Below are positions 14,761 through 24,550 of a DNA stretch of 41,681 nucleotides, piece by piece (the stretch's first letter is position 1; each line of letters starts with the position of its first letter). Source of the stretch: a virus (taxonomy: Duplodnaviria; Caudoviricetes); IMG/VR virus record IMGVR_UViG_3300031965_000071, positions 1 through 41,681 of that record; one strand, written 5' to 3'. The notes under the pieces are model-generated. The model saw nothing but the letters and a program-made list of their open reading frames with translations. It had not been told where the DNA came from and searched no databases. A program made the translations under genes and the position numbers.

Positions 14761-17099
14761 GCGTAGAGCCTCCGGGCTTGGTGAGTCATAAGCGCGGTGG
14801 GGGAGAGCTCGACATCCCAGGAGGTCTCGCGCCAGTCGTTGCCGTCGAGGTAGCGGAGGACGTCGTAGGTGTCGTGGCGCCAGTCGGGGATCGCGGAGAA
14901 GGTGACGGCCTGATAGCCGGCGCCGTCGCGGTACGCGGCGGTGTAGGCGGCCTCGTCGGCGGCGGCCTGGTCGGCGAGGCCTTGGAGGGTGCGGACATCG
15001 GCGATCGCGAAGCCTCGGTTGGTGATGGAGAGCGGCGACGAGGCGGGGAGTTCGTAACGGCCGACGATGGGCGAGTCGGTGCTCGCGTCGTCGAGGACGA
15101 TGTAGACGTTGGGGGCCTTGAGGATGTCGTCAGATTCGACGGGTGGGGTGCCGGAGACGATGCGGCCGCCGAGGAGGTAGTCGTAGCGGGCGATCGGCGC
15201 GGGTGGGGGGATGCAGCGGAGGACGCCGGCATTGTCGACGTAGGGCGACATGCAGTGGTTCATGAGGGCGACTTCGTCCATGATCGCGAGGCGTTTGGTG
15301 CCGGCGGGCCAGGCGAGGGGCGCGGTGGCGGTGTGCGGGGAGGGCGTGTTGTCGTGGAATGGGATCCCCGCGAGGTGGGCTTGCTCGGTGATGATGTCGG
15401 TGAGGCGGGTGCCACGCGGGTAGGCGGTGGTCTTCTCGGTGGGTTGGTCGAGGGTGAAGAGAAGGTCGTGGAGGGAGCCGCCGAGTTCGAGGCCGGCTTC
15501 GAGACGGTTGCGGGACGCGTCGACGAAGAGGAAGACGCCGAGGGGGTACTCGGTGCCGTCTTCGAGGATGACGGTGGGCCGGATCCGGGCGCCGAGGGTG
15601 TCGAGCTCGAGCGCGGTGGCAGGGTCGACGTTGAGGCCGTCGAGGGACCGCTTGATTGTGCGGGTGGAGTCGTTGGTGATCTTCGGGGGTCGGAGGCCGT
15701 CGACGTCGAGGGTGCCGATGAGGGTGAAGGCCTTGTCGAGGACGTCGAAGCGGAAGGTGGAGGCGCGGGTGTTGACGCCGCGCATTTCGAGGAGGTCGGT
15801 GGTGCTGATCGCGCGGCGGGGGCCGACGGTGTCGCCGGGGTAGGCGCGCGCGGTGTAGGTGGGCGCGGCGCCTTTCCAGCGTTGGGCGCGACGGGTGCCG
15901 GCCGCGTCGGGGATCGCGACATAGGGGGGCGGGGCCGGGGGGACGAGGACAGAGTCCCAACCTTCGGTAGTGCTCTCCCAGCCGATGCCGGTGGACTGCC
16001 AGCCGGCGCCGGGGTCGGGTGCCGGGTCGCCGATTTCCATGGCGGCCCATTCGCGGAAGACGGGACTGACGGGCTTGTCGGAGAAGTCGGCGCGGAATAT
16101 CCCCATGTGGACGTCCCATGAGGTGCCGGTCCCGACGTCGCCGTCGACGAGGCCGAGGAAGAGCCAGGGGCCGCCGACGGTCCCGGTAACGGTCTCGCGC
16201 CATAGGAGGTGTTGGAGGAGGAGGTGGGCCTCGGTGGCCTGGTTCTCCTCGGTCCATAGGGGATTCTGAGCGGTGGGGCCGCCGGGGTGCCCGAATTCGG
16301 TGGGCATGATCGGGATGGAGAGGCCGAATTCCATGCTCAACGTTTCCGCGAGGGCGTCGAGTTGGTGAAGGCCGTTCCATCCGACGTTGGCGTTGGCACC
16401 GGCGGAGAAGGCGTAGGGGTGGAACGTGACGAAGTCGGGGAGGTTCGCCGGCTCGAGGAGCTCGGGGACGGCGATGAGCATCCGGCGGACGTAGTCGTGG
16501 GGGAGTCCACGGCCGGCGGGCGGCGAGTTGAGGTCGGCGGCGTTGTTGAGGTCTCCCCATGCGGCGGTGGCCCACGCGCCGATCGGTAGGCCAGGGTTGC
16601 CGGCGTGGGCACCTTGGATCGCGGCGAGGAAGTAGCGGCCCTTCTCGTAGGGCGACTGGTCCCCGTGGTCAAAGTCGTGGATCTGTATCTCGTTTCCGAG
16701 GGAGAGGATGGCGCGTTGCTCTCCGGCGATCTGTCCGGCGGGGGGGAGCGCGGCGGCGTATTCGTACGCGGCGGCGTAGGTGAGGAGCTCGCCGGTGGTG
16801 CCGTTGTTGGGATACCAGTGCCAATGGCCGTCGGGTGAGGCGGGGTCGGCCGGGCCGGCGTTGGCGTTACACGCGGCGGGGATCCCCATGAAGCCGGCGA
16901 CGAGGGAGAGGCCGGCGTCGAGGACGAGGTCGAATTTGGCTTCGAGGGCTGGCCGGTTGACGGTGACGCCGTCGCCGAGGACGTTCCAGGGCCACTCTTC
17001 GCCCCATCCGATCCATTGGAGGCCTTCGGCGAGGAGCTTGGCGCGTTTCTCGGCGCTCTGAAATGTCGTGACGCCGAGGAGGGAGCCGCGGGTCGGCAT
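14757..17099 (-). CDS. Minor tail/hub (Tal-like) protein with N-terminal clan GH-A-like glycoside hydrolase
   Basis: N-half LGNEIQ, FHPY, MPTEFGHP; C-half STRTIKRSL, YPLGVF, PYVDNAGVL, PNVYIV typical of tail hub proteins. Confidence 0.75.
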   Translation of the reverse strand: MPTRGSLLGVTTFQSAEKRAKLLAEGLQWIGWGEEWPWNVLGDGVTVNRPALEAKFDLVLDAGLSLVAGFMGIPAACNANAGPADPASPDGHWHWYPNNGTTGELLTYAAAYEYAAALPPAGQIAGEQRAILSLGNEIQIHDFDHGDQSPYEKGRYFLAAIQGAHAGNPGLPIGAWATAAWGDLNNAADLNSPPAGRGLPHDYVRRMLIAVPELLEPANLPDFVTFHPYAFSAGANANVGWNGLHQLDALAETLSMEFGLSIPIMPTEFGHPGGPTAQNPLWTEENQATEAHLLLQHLLWRETVTGTVGGPWLFLGLVDGDVGTGTSWDVHMGIFRADFSDKPVSPVFREWAAMEIGDPAPDPGAGWQSTGIGWESTTEGWDSVLVPPAPPPYVAIPDAAGTRRAQRWKGAAPTYTARAYPGDTVGPRRAISTTDLLEMRGVNTRASTFRFDVLDKAFTLIGTLDVDGLRPPKITNDSTRTIKRSLDGLNVDPATALELDTLGARIRPTVILEDGTEYPLGVFLFVDASRNRLEAGLELGGSLHDLLFTLDQPTEKTTAYPRGTRLTDIITEQAHLAGIPFHDNTPSPHTATAPLAWPAGTKRLAIMDEVALMNHCMSPYVDNAGVLRCIPPPAPIARYDYLLGGRIVSGTPPVESDDILKAPNVYIVLDDASTDSPIVGRYELPASSPLSITNRGFAIADVRTLQGLADQAAADEAAYTAAYRDGAGYQAVTFSAIPDWRHDTYDVLRYLDGNDWRETSWDVELSPTALMTHQARRLYA

Positions 17100-17102
17100 G
17101 GG

Positions 17103-18212
17103 TCAGGCTCCGGTGACGGTGAGGTTGTCGTATTCGAGCCAGTCGTCGGCTTCGAGGTGGCCGAGGTAGAGGCCGGAGAGGCCGGGCGCTTGGAAGCCGT
17201 CGGGGACGGGGAAGCTATCGGTTTGGCCGGCGTCGCCGTAGTCGGGTTCGGGGTCGCCGTCGACCCATACCGCGACGTCGAGGGTGTTGTCGCGTAGGCG
17301 GGTCTTGACGTGCCAGGGGAGCTCGCGGAGCGTCGTGGGCTTGAGGTACGCGCCGAAGTCGGCGACGTCGAAGACGTTGAACGCGGGGCCGTCCATCGTC
17401 ATGGCTTGAAGTTTCTGGTGCTCACCGAAGGCGATGACGGAGCAGACGATGATCGCGCGGGTGGCGTAGTGCCATATCTCGTAGCGGCTCGTCGCGTCGG
17501 GGTTGATGGTCCATGCGGCGTTGACGGTGAGGACGGTGGCGGTGTTGTCGGTGATGCGGCGGGCCTGGCCGATGCCGGTGCCGGCGATGATGGTGACGAA
17601 GTGCTCGCGGTAGTCGGAGCCGGGGCCATGCCAGCCGTCGACGGTCCAGGCCTTCGTCGTGTCGGTGAGGGTCGACGCGCCGCCGGAGGTGGCGAGGCCG
17701 CGCTCGTCGGCGTTCTTGTCGGAGGTGATGCGGTGGGCGTGGCCGGGTTGGAACCGGGTGAGGGTGCCGAGGTCGGTGCTCGAGTCGTGCCAGTCGGAGC
17801 GGATTTCGGAGTCGCCGAGGATGCCGGTGTGGGTGAGGCCGTAGACGCGGCGCATGTTGCCGCCGACGTTGCCGGATGGGGCGGTGATGCGGAGGCGGCC
17901 GGCGACGATGGAGGGGAAGAAGAGGTCGTCGCCGCCGTCGTGGGTGAGTCCACGGTCGACGAGGGAGGGCATCGTGTCGAAGGTGTTGGTGGTGGCGGCG
18001 GTGCCGGTGGCGGCTTCGAGCGCGGCGAGACGGCCGTGGACTCCGGGGTCGCTCGGCGTGTCGCCGAGGTAGCCGAGCTCGTCTTGGAGGGCCTCGAATT
18101 GGTCGCCGACGTCTTCGGGCCATGTCGTCGAGCCGGCGGTCGAGAAAGACTTTCCCTCATAGAAGCTGCCGGCGGGCCAAACGTCTTTGGAGTAGGGGTA
18201 GTTGCGGGGCAT
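17103..18212 (-). CDS. Virion appendage/minor tail protein
   Basis: 369 aa; NYP-type N-terminus; TLTDTTKAWT...GTGIGQARRITDNTATVLTV..AW...PDATSRYEI beta module; lectin-like C-terminus. Confidence 0.65.
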   Translation of the reverse strand: MPRNYPYSKDVWPAGSFYEGKSFSTAGSTTWPEDVGDQFEALQDELGYLGDTPSDPGVHGRLAALEAATGTAATTNTFDTMPSLVDRGLTHDGGDDLFFPSIVAGRLRITAPSGNVGGNMRRVYGLTHTGILGDSEIRSDWHDSSTDLGTLTRFQPGHAHRITSDKNADERGLATSGGASTLTDTTKAWTVDGWHGPGSDYREHFVTIIAGTGIGQARRITDNTATVLTVNAAWTINPDATSRYEIWHYATRAIIVCSVIAFGEHQKLQAMTMDGPAFNVFDVADFGAYLKPTTLRELPWHVKTRLRDNTLDVAVWVDGDPEPDYGDAGQTDSFPVPDGFQAPGLSGLYLGHLEADDWLEYDNLTVTGA

Positions 18213-18223
18213 CGGTTCGGCTC

Positions 18224-18898
18224 CTACGGGACGGCGACGTCGACGACGGACGGGATCGCGGTGAGTTCACGCACGCGGATCGGCGCGCGGTAGATCTGCC
18301 GGCCACCGGATTGGGGGCCTTGGTCGACGGTGAGGTTGGCGAGCCATCGGTGGCCTTCGGGCGAGATGACGGCGACATAGGCGAGCGCGGCGCGGGACAG
18401 GGCGAGGAGGCCGTCATACGCGGCGCGGGTCGGTGCGGTGTCGTCGACTTCGACGAGGTTGAGGGTGAACGCGTCGCCGGGGTCGACGAGGTCCTTGAGG
18501 ATGACGGCGCCGGGCCGGCCGAGGATGCGGTACTCGGCCTCGGTGGTCGGAAACTCCCAGGTATGGCCGGCGGCGGTGTCGCGCTCGACGAGGACTTCGA
18601 GGGAGAGTTCGGGGGCTTCGTTGGAGACGAGGAGCCAGCCGGAGGCGGGGATGGTCTCAGAGTCGACCGCGGACCATGCCGACGCGGCCTGGTCGGCGCG
18701 CACGACGCGGATCCGGTATTGGGCGGCGACGTCGCGGAGGGCTTCGTAGTCCCGGTAGACCTCGATGGTTTCGGTGGTGATCCTGGCGACGTCGTCCCAG
18801 GTGACGCCGGCGTCTTCGGAGCGTTGGATCTCGTAACGGTCGAAGTCGCCGCCGAGGGTGGTGGCCGTCCAAGTGGCGGAGATGTAGGGGATGGTCAT
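18224..18898 (-). CDS. Minor tail protein (FN3-like + Dit-like)
   Basis: 224 aa; YEIQRSEDAGVTW...YRDYEA...YRIR; ILGRPGAV. Confidence 0.7.
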   Translation of the reverse strand: MTIPYISATWTATTLGGDFDRYEIQRSEDAGVTWDDVARITTETIEVYRDYEALRDVAAQYRIRVVRADQAASAWSAVDSETIPASGWLLVSNEAPELSLEVLVERDTAAGHTWEFPTTEAEYRILGRPGAVILKDLVDPGDAFTLNLVEVDDTAPTRAAYDGLLALSRAALAYVAVISPEGHRWLANLTVDQGPQSGGRQIYRAPIRVRELTAIPSVVDVAVP

Positions 18899-18907
18899 GC
18901 GGGGCGC

Positions 18908-20521
18908 CTAGGGGACGAGGGCGACGGCGAAGCCGGCCGGGGAGACGGGGACGGTGCCGATGGTGATGGCGAGGTCGGTGGCGGTGTCGCGGAATTCTCC
19001 CCATGTGGCGCAGTTCGTCGCGCCACGGTAGGAGGCGTCCGGCTTGGCGCCGGTGGTGGCGCCGGCGATCTGCCAGAAGTCCTCGGCGGCGTGGGCCGGC
19101 ATGGTGAGCTCGAGGTAGTAGCGGGTGCCGGCCGCGAGGGTGCCGGGCGTGCCGAGGGATCCTTCCCAGGTTTTCCAGCCGCCACCGAAGGCTCGGAGCG
19201 CGTCGACTTCGTCGCGGGTGATGGTGATGGCGGTGCCCATGAGCGCGGAGTCGGATTCGCGGCGGAGGGAGACGGTGAGGTCGGGGAGGTTGAGGCTCGA
19301 GCCGACGGCGGGCCGGAGAACGATGCGGACGAAGCCGTAGTCGTCGGCGGCGGCCTGGTCGAGTTCTTGGCGGGCGGGGGCGGCGTTGAGGACGGGGAGC
19401 GCGACGGCGGACGTGTAGGGCTGCGAGTCGGCGGAGTCGGCGCCGGCGACGATCATGCGGACGGGCCGCACGCGGTCGAGTTCGTTGCCGATGGAGGTGA
19501 TGAGGCCGAAGCCGTCGAGGGACGGGTTGCGGCCGAAGTGTTCGGCGTGGGGGGCCTGGCGGCCGTCTTCGTAGGCGTAGGGGTAGGAGACGGAGCCGCT
19601 ATCGCCGACACGGCGGAACGCGATCGAGTAGACGGCGCCGTTGGCCTTGGCCCAATTGGCGGCGCCGTCGGGTTTCGTGAGGGGAAAGGCTTTCCAGCCG
19701 TCGCCGGCGACGAGCTCGGAGAGGAGCCGGTAGCCGTGGGCGAGCCGGTTCTCGGTGCAGTAGGTGACGGTCGCCCATATGGCGGAGACGTCGATGGCAC
19801 CGGCGAGGGAGTTGTAACCCATCGTGACGCCGGCCGCGAGCGTCGACGCGCTCGAGAAGTACGCGATGGCCTCGGCGTAGGTCCACGGTTTGTTGGTGAA
19901 GGGGTTGAGGTCGAAGCGGGCGAGGCGCGCGTTCTTGAACGCGGAGCCGAGGGGCGGGGTGACGGTGCCGCCGACGACGGTGAAGGTGCCGGGGCTCGAG
20001 GGGTCTTCGAGGGTGGCTTGCCCGCCGACTCCGGTGCCGCCGGCATATTTCCACCGGATCCAGAGGTCGACGCGGAGGATCCGTTTGTTGGTCAGGGTCG
20101 CGGGTTGCGCGCCGGCACCGAGCCGGAAGACGAGCGGCGACACGGTCGAGGCGTTGCTCGCATTGTGGAGCCGGTTGCCGGTGTCGTCGGCGGCGAAGGA
20201 GTCGACCTCCCAATAGTCGGGGGAACCGCCGAAGTAGTCGAGCCAGTCGGGGGCGCTCGAGCCGGTGTTGGTGCGGGGGACGACGGTGAAGGACAGGGGC
20301 GCGCTCGCGACTTCGTTGCCGGAGGCGAAGACTTCGACGCCGAAGAGGCCGTCGCCGGTGAGGCCGGTGAGGAAGAGCTCGAGGTCGGTGACGGTCTCCG
20401 TCGACGCGGAGCGGAAGTTCTCGATGGGGCCTTTGCCGTTGGCGTCGACGAGCTCGTACGCGGACGTCGTGGGGAGCCATTCGAGGCCGAGGGTGTCGGG
20501 GTTCGAGGGGTTCCAAGTCAT
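18908..20521 (-). CDS. Minor tail protein
   Basis: 537 aa, beta-rich, immediately after the tape measure gene. Confidence 0.75.
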   Translation of the reverse strand: MTWNPSNPDTLGLEWLPTTSAYELVDANGKGPIENFRSASTETVTDLELFLTGLTGDGLFGVEVFASGNEVASAPLSFTVVPRTNTGSSAPDWLDYFGGSPDYWEVDSFAADDTGNRLHNASNASTVSPLVFRLGAGAQPATLTNKRILRVDLWIRWKYAGGTGVGGQATLEDPSSPGTFTVVGGTVTPPLGSAFKNARLARFDLNPFTNKPWTYAEAIAYFSSASTLAAGVTMGYNSLAGAIDVSAIWATVTYCTENRLAHGYRLLSELVAGDGWKAFPLTKPDGAANWAKANGAVYSIAFRRVGDSGSVSYPYAYEDGRQAPHAEHFGRNPSLDGFGLITSIGNELDRVRPVRMIVAGADSADSQPYTSAVALPVLNAAPARQELDQAAADDYGFVRIVLRPAVGSSLNLPDLTVSLRRESDSALMGTAITITRDEVDALRAFGGGWKTWEGSLGTPGTLAAGTRYYLELTMPAHAAEDFWQIAGATTGAKPDASYRGATNCATWGEFRDTATDLAITIGTVPVSPAGFAVALVP

Positions 20522-20530
20522 CGGTGGGCC

Positions 20531-23173
20531 TTAGACGGTGCGGAGCGCGGCTTGTAGTCCTCGGAGGGTAGCGGCGTCGACGTCGCGGAGGGTGCGGGGG
20601 GTGGGGGTGCCGTCGAAGGTGTAGTTGGCGACGTAGGTGATGGTCGGGCCTCCTCGGGCTCCGCCGCCGGAGATGACGCGGCCGAGGGCCTTGAGTTGGT
20701 CGGGGGTGAAGACGGTTTCTTGGCCGTGGAGTTCGGCGAGGCCGGCGGCGCCGGGGGGGCCGGGGACGACTCCTCCACCGCCGAAGGTGGGGATGGGGTT
20801 ATCGGGGAGGTTGATACTGAACGGTCCCCATTTCACGGAGTCCGGGATCGCCTCGTTGATCTTCTTGATGACCCAATTGGCGGCCTTCTTGAAGGCCTCG
20901 CCGACGGCGCCGGCGAGGTCGCCGACGAAGTTGCCGACGGCGGAGAGACCGGCGCCGACTCCGTCGATGATGGCCTTGCCGATGCCGACGGCGGCGGCGA
21001 GGACGGCGCCGGCGAGGGCGGTGATGCGGCCGGGGAGGCCGAAGATAAAGCCGACGACTCCGTCGATGGCGGTGCGGGCGCCGCCAAGGATCGCGGACCA
21101 GACGGCGACGAAGGGCGCGATGATCCGGCCGCCGAGGCCGACGACGAAGCCGACGATGTCGTCGAGCGCGCCGCCGACGACTCCGACCATCGTGTCCCAT
21201 GCGAGGGTGAGGCCTTCGCCGAGGAGAGAAAGCGCGCCGCCGAAGATGCTGGCGATGAGTTCGAAGCCGAGGGTGACGACGGCCGCGATGGCGTCGAAGG
21301 CGCCGGAGACGATGCCGGAGAGGCCGGACCATATGCGGCCGAAGTCGAGGGTGAAGATGCCAATGAAGACGTCGACGATGCCGATGATGATGTCGAGCGC
21401 GGCCTTGATGACGGTCTTCACGGCGTCGAAGGCGGCCTTGACGACGCGGAGGATGTCGTCGCCGACCGCGCGCCAGAGGAAGAGGATGACCTTGATGCCG
21501 ACGGCGACGATGCCGGCGACGATGAGGAAGATGTTGCGGAAGGCTTCGACGATGCCGGAGAGCCGGTCCGCGATGCGGGTCCCGAAGTTGGCGAAGGGCT
21601 TGATGATGCCGGTGACGACGTCGGCGACGATGGGGAAGACCTCGTCGCGGAGGTAGCCGAAGGCGACGACGATGCCTTCGATGCCGGTGCGGACGGCGTC
21701 GGCGACGGTCCCGACGACGGTGGCGACCCCGCGGAAGATGGGGAAGCGGGCGATGAGTTCGTCGAGCGCGGCGGAGAGGCCGCCTTCCTTGAAGGCGGAG
21801 ACGATGGCCTTGACTGCGGGGACGAGCCGCTCGGTGAAGAAGCGGGCGATGGCGTCGACGATGTCGCGGAAGGGCTCGAATTTCTTGTAGGCGATGATGG
21901 CGGCGGCGCCGAGCGCGGCGATGCCGAGGATGACGAGGCCGACGGGGGAGAGGATGGCGCCGATGGCGGTGGCGACGACTCCGAATATCCAGACGACGGG
22001 GCCGAGCGCGGCGAGGACGCCGGCGAAGACGACGATGGCGGTCTTGACGCCGGGGGAGAGGTTCTTGAAGGCGGCGCCGATGCGGGTGACGACGGGGACG
22101 ATGGCGTCGATGGCCTTCTCGAGGGCGGGGAAGATGACGTCGCCGAGGGGCGCGAGCGCGAGTTTCGTCTTGTTCTTGAACCGCTCGAATTTCTGAGGGA
22201 AGGATTCGGTTTCCTTCGCGAGGCCGGAGATGGTGTCGGTGCCTTCGGTGATCTTCGCGAGGGTGGCGGAGATGTCGAATTTGCCGCGGCGGATGGCGTC
22301 GAGGGCGTCGAGGAAGGTGCGGGCGCCGAAGACCTCTTTGGCCTTGGCTTGGGCGGCGGCGTCGTTGCCCGACTTGATGAAGCCTTCGATGGTCTTGACG
22401 GACTCGCGGAAGAATTCGCCGGCGCTCTTGCCTTCCTTGGCGGCGGCGGCGATGTTGAGGCGGAGCGCGCCGAGGACGCTCGAGGTGTTGACACCGGCGG
22501 CTTCGAAGTCTCCGATGATGGCGGCGGTCTCGTCCATGTTGAAGCCGAGCTCGGAGAACGCGGCGGATTGGGAGACGATGGCGACGGCGAGGTCGTTGAA
22601 GCCGACTCCGGTGGCCTGACTGGCGCGGAAGAGGCGGTCCATGGCGTCGGAGGAGTCTTCGGTGGGGATGCGGAACGCGCCGAGGACTCGGGTGACGGCG
22701 TCGAGACTGATTTCGGTGCCGCCGCTGATCTGTTCGAGGTCGAGGAGTTGCTTGGCGAGGCGTTGCATGGGTTCGCCGGTGAGGCCGAGGCGGGTGTTGA
22801 GGTCGCCGATGACTTCACCGACGCGTTCGAGGGGGGCGGTGACGTTGGTGCCGACCGCTCCGAAGTCCTTGCGGAGTTGGGCGAGGGTGGTGCCGGTGGC
22901 GCCGGTGCCGACTCGGATCGTGTCGAAGGCCTTGTCGACGGAGAGGGCGCTGGCGACGGCGGCGGCGCCGATGCCGATGATGGGGAGGGTGATGGCCTTG
23001 GAGAGGTTCGAGCCGATGCCGCGGAGCTTGCCGCCGAGGTTCGTGAACGCGGCCGACGCGGCGGCGATGGCGGGGCCGGTGGCGGCGGTGACTGCGGCGG
23101 AGGTGGTGGCGGCGAAGGCGGGGGAGAGCCGGGGGGTGAGCTCGATGAAGGCTTGGCCGGCTTGGAGTGGCAT
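20531..23173 (-). CDS. Tape measure protein
   Basis: 880 aa Ala/Gly/Ile-rich helical protein; ITLPIIGIGAAA, IRVGTGATG; follows the chaperone genes. Confidence 0.93.
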   Translation of the reverse strand: MPLQAGQAFIELTPRLSPAFAATTSAAVTAATGPAIAAASAAFTNLGGKLRGIGSNLSKAITLPIIGIGAAAVASALSVDKAFDTIRVGTGATGTTLAQLRKDFGAVGTNVTAPLERVGEVIGDLNTRLGLTGEPMQRLAKQLLDLEQISGGTEISLDAVTRVLGAFRIPTEDSSDAMDRLFRASQATGVGFNDLAVAIVSQSAAFSELGFNMDETAAIIGDFEAAGVNTSSVLGALRLNIAAAAKEGKSAGEFFRESVKTIEGFIKSGNDAAAQAKAKEVFGARTFLDALDAIRRGKFDISATLAKITEGTDTISGLAKETESFPQKFERFKNKTKLALAPLGDVIFPALEKAIDAIVPVVTRIGAAFKNLSPGVKTAIVVFAGVLAALGPVVWIFGVVATAIGAILSPVGLVILGIAALGAAAIIAYKKFEPFRDIVDAIARFFTERLVPAVKAIVSAFKEGGLSAALDELIARFPIFRGVATVVGTVADAVRTGIEGIVVAFGYLRDEVFPIVADVVTGIIKPFANFGTRIADRLSGIVEAFRNIFLIVAGIVAVGIKVILFLWRAVGDDILRVVKAAFDAVKTVIKAALDIIIGIVDVFIGIFTLDFGRIWSGLSGIVSGAFDAIAAVVTLGFELIASIFGGALSLLGEGLTLAWDTMVGVVGGALDDIVGFVVGLGGRIIAPFVAVWSAILGGARTAIDGVVGFIFGLPGRITALAGAVLAAAVGIGKAIIDGVGAGLSAVGNFVGDLAGAVGEAFKKAANWVIKKINEAIPDSVKWGPFSINLPDNPIPTFGGGGVVPGPPGAAGLAELHGQETVFTPDQLKALGRVISGGGARGGPTITYVANYTFDGTPTPRTLRDVDAATLRGLQAALRTV

Positions 23174-23179
23174 CGGGCT

Positions 23180-23620
23180 CTAATCCTTGGCGGTGGGCGC
23201 TCTGACGCTACCGCCGGCGCCTTTCAGGAACGCGGCTATCTCGCCGGGGGTGGACTGGCGGCGGGGCTCGGAGGTCTCGTCGCGATCCCAGGGGCGGGGG
23301 ACGGGTTGCCATTCCGGTGGCGTGGCGTCTTTCTCGGAGTAGGCGGTGATGGTGATGACGGAGAGGGCGGTGATGGCGTCGACGACTTGCGCGAGGAGTT
23401 CGTCGCGGCGGGTCCATCCTCGGAGTGGGGGCCGGGCGCGGTTGACGGCGGCGTCTTCGGGGAGGTTGACGGCGAGGGCGACGAGCCGGCGGATGCCGGT
23501 GATGCGGGGGTCGCCGGCGCCGTAGAGCGCGACGGAGAGGTCGATGTCGTAGTAGTGGAGGAAGTCGGCCTCGAGCGCGTCGAAGCGTTCGTCTAGGTCG
23601 CGGACGAGGCCGAAGAAGGG
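23180..23620 (-). CDS. Tail assembly chaperone C-terminal (frameshift) segment
   Basis: Open -1 frame DDPFFGLVRDLDERFDALEADFLHYYDIDL...LPEDAA...WTRRDELLA...PRPW to TAG at 23180, with no ATG/GTG start; LEADF..YY.IDL is typical of actinophage chaperones. Confidence 0.8.
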   Translation of the reverse strand, partial: PFFGLVRDLDERFDALEADFLHYYDIDLSVALYGAGDPRITGIRRLVALAVNLPEDAAVNRARPPLRGWTRRDELLAQVVDAITALSVITITAYSEKDATPPEWQPVPRPWDRDETSEPRRQSTPGEIAAFLKGAGGSVRAPTAKD

Positions 23621-23913
23621 GTCGTCGAGAGGCCGTAGGCGGTGACGACGGCCTCGGCGAGTTCCTCGAGGTCTTGAACGGACCAGGGGACATCGGAGGC
23701 GTCGTAGGCCTCGTCTCCGACGAGGGCGCGGAGCGCGGGTTTCGCGGTGGTGATGTTCTTGCCGTCGAGGAGCGGGCCGAGCTCCTCGAGGATGTCGAGG
23801 GGGAGTTCGTCGGGGAGCCGGAAGTCCTGGCCGGCGACGACGATGACGATGGGGTCGTCGCCGCGCTTCTCCCGCCGCGCCGCGCGTTGGGCGTCGACGT
23901 CGATGCGGGGCAT
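23593..23913 (-). CDS. Tail assembly chaperone
   Basis: Starts MPRIDVDAQRAARRE; between major tail and tape measure genes. Confidence 0.85.
   Translation of the reverse strand: MPRIDVDAQRAARREKRGDDPIVIVVAGQDFRLPDELPLDILEELGPLLDGKNITTAKPALRALVGDEAYDASDVPWSVQDLEELAEAVVTAYGLSTTPSSASSAT
23615..23622 (-). other. Putative -1 programmed frameshift site ACCCCTTC
   Basis: Lies just before the chaperone stop; ACC CCT TCT in frame 0 vs GAC CCC TTC in frame -1. Confidence 0.55.
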
Positions 23914-23914
23914 A

Positions 23915-24475
23915 TCAGGTGGCCTCGGCGAAGGTCTCGTCGTCGGTGAGGAAGTACCAGGGCTCCTCATCCTCGGAGGCGAGGACGGCGAGACCGATGG
24001 GGAGGTCCGCGGCGGCGTTGCGGACGATGGCGAGCTCGACGTCGTCGGTGACGATGCACCGCGGGATGACGAGCATGTAGGACTTCGTGCCGTCCTGCCA
24101 AGTGATGATCACGGAGCGGATGTCGATGACTTCCGCGCTCGGCGGGGTGACCTTGAAGCCGTTGGTGGTCGAGGTCACGGTCGCGCCACCGAAGGCGAGC
24201 TCGACTTGCGGGCCGGAGAATTGGCGGAGGACGAAGTTCGCGGTGAATTCGCGGGAGTCGACGATCTTGCGGACGGGGTAGAACCGTTGCCATACCCCGA
24301 TGTCGGTGATGCTCTTGGCGTCCTTGGCCTTGACGCCGTCTTCGGAGGTGAAGCCGAGGTCGACGAAGGCCGCGTTGAGCGCGTCGTCGATGTCGTCGGG
24401 GAGGGGCGTGGCGTCCGGAGCGGCGTAGACGGAGCCGTTGGCTCCGACGACGATCTCGTCGACGTTCTTGGGCAT
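23915..24475 (-). CDS. Major tail (tube) protein
   Basis: 186 aa; GSVYAAP...FVDLGFTSEDGV...WQ; strong GAGGAGG RBS. Confidence 0.9.
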   Translation of the reverse strand: MPKNVDEIVVGANGSVYAAPDATPLPDDIDDALNAAFVDLGFTSEDGVKAKDAKSITDIGVWQRFYPVRKIVDSREFTANFVLRQFSGPQVELAFGGATVTSTTNGFKVTPPSAEVIDIRSVIITWQDGTKSYMLVIPRCIVTDDVELAIVRNAAADLPIGLAVLASEDEEPWYFLTDDETFAEAT

Positions 24476-24515
24476 CGTGGGCCTCCTCGAGGCGGGTCTT
24501 GGCGTGCTAGGCGGG

Positions 24516-24548
24516 GACGATAGCGGGGTGGCGGTGTGCGCCGTTGGA
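24516..24548 (-). promoter_or_regulatory. Putative late promoter upstream of the major tail gene
   Basis: TCCA-N22-TATCGT with GCTATCGTCC core, matching the site upstream of the major capsid gene. Confidence 0.5.
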
Positions 24549-24550
24549 CC

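Noticed and set aside
18122-23596. Very long plus-strand ORFs (18122..20557, 20696..23596; also 25310..27406)
   Set aside because: Antisense shadows of real minus-strand genes; G/V/D/E-rich with no motifs, expected from the codon bias
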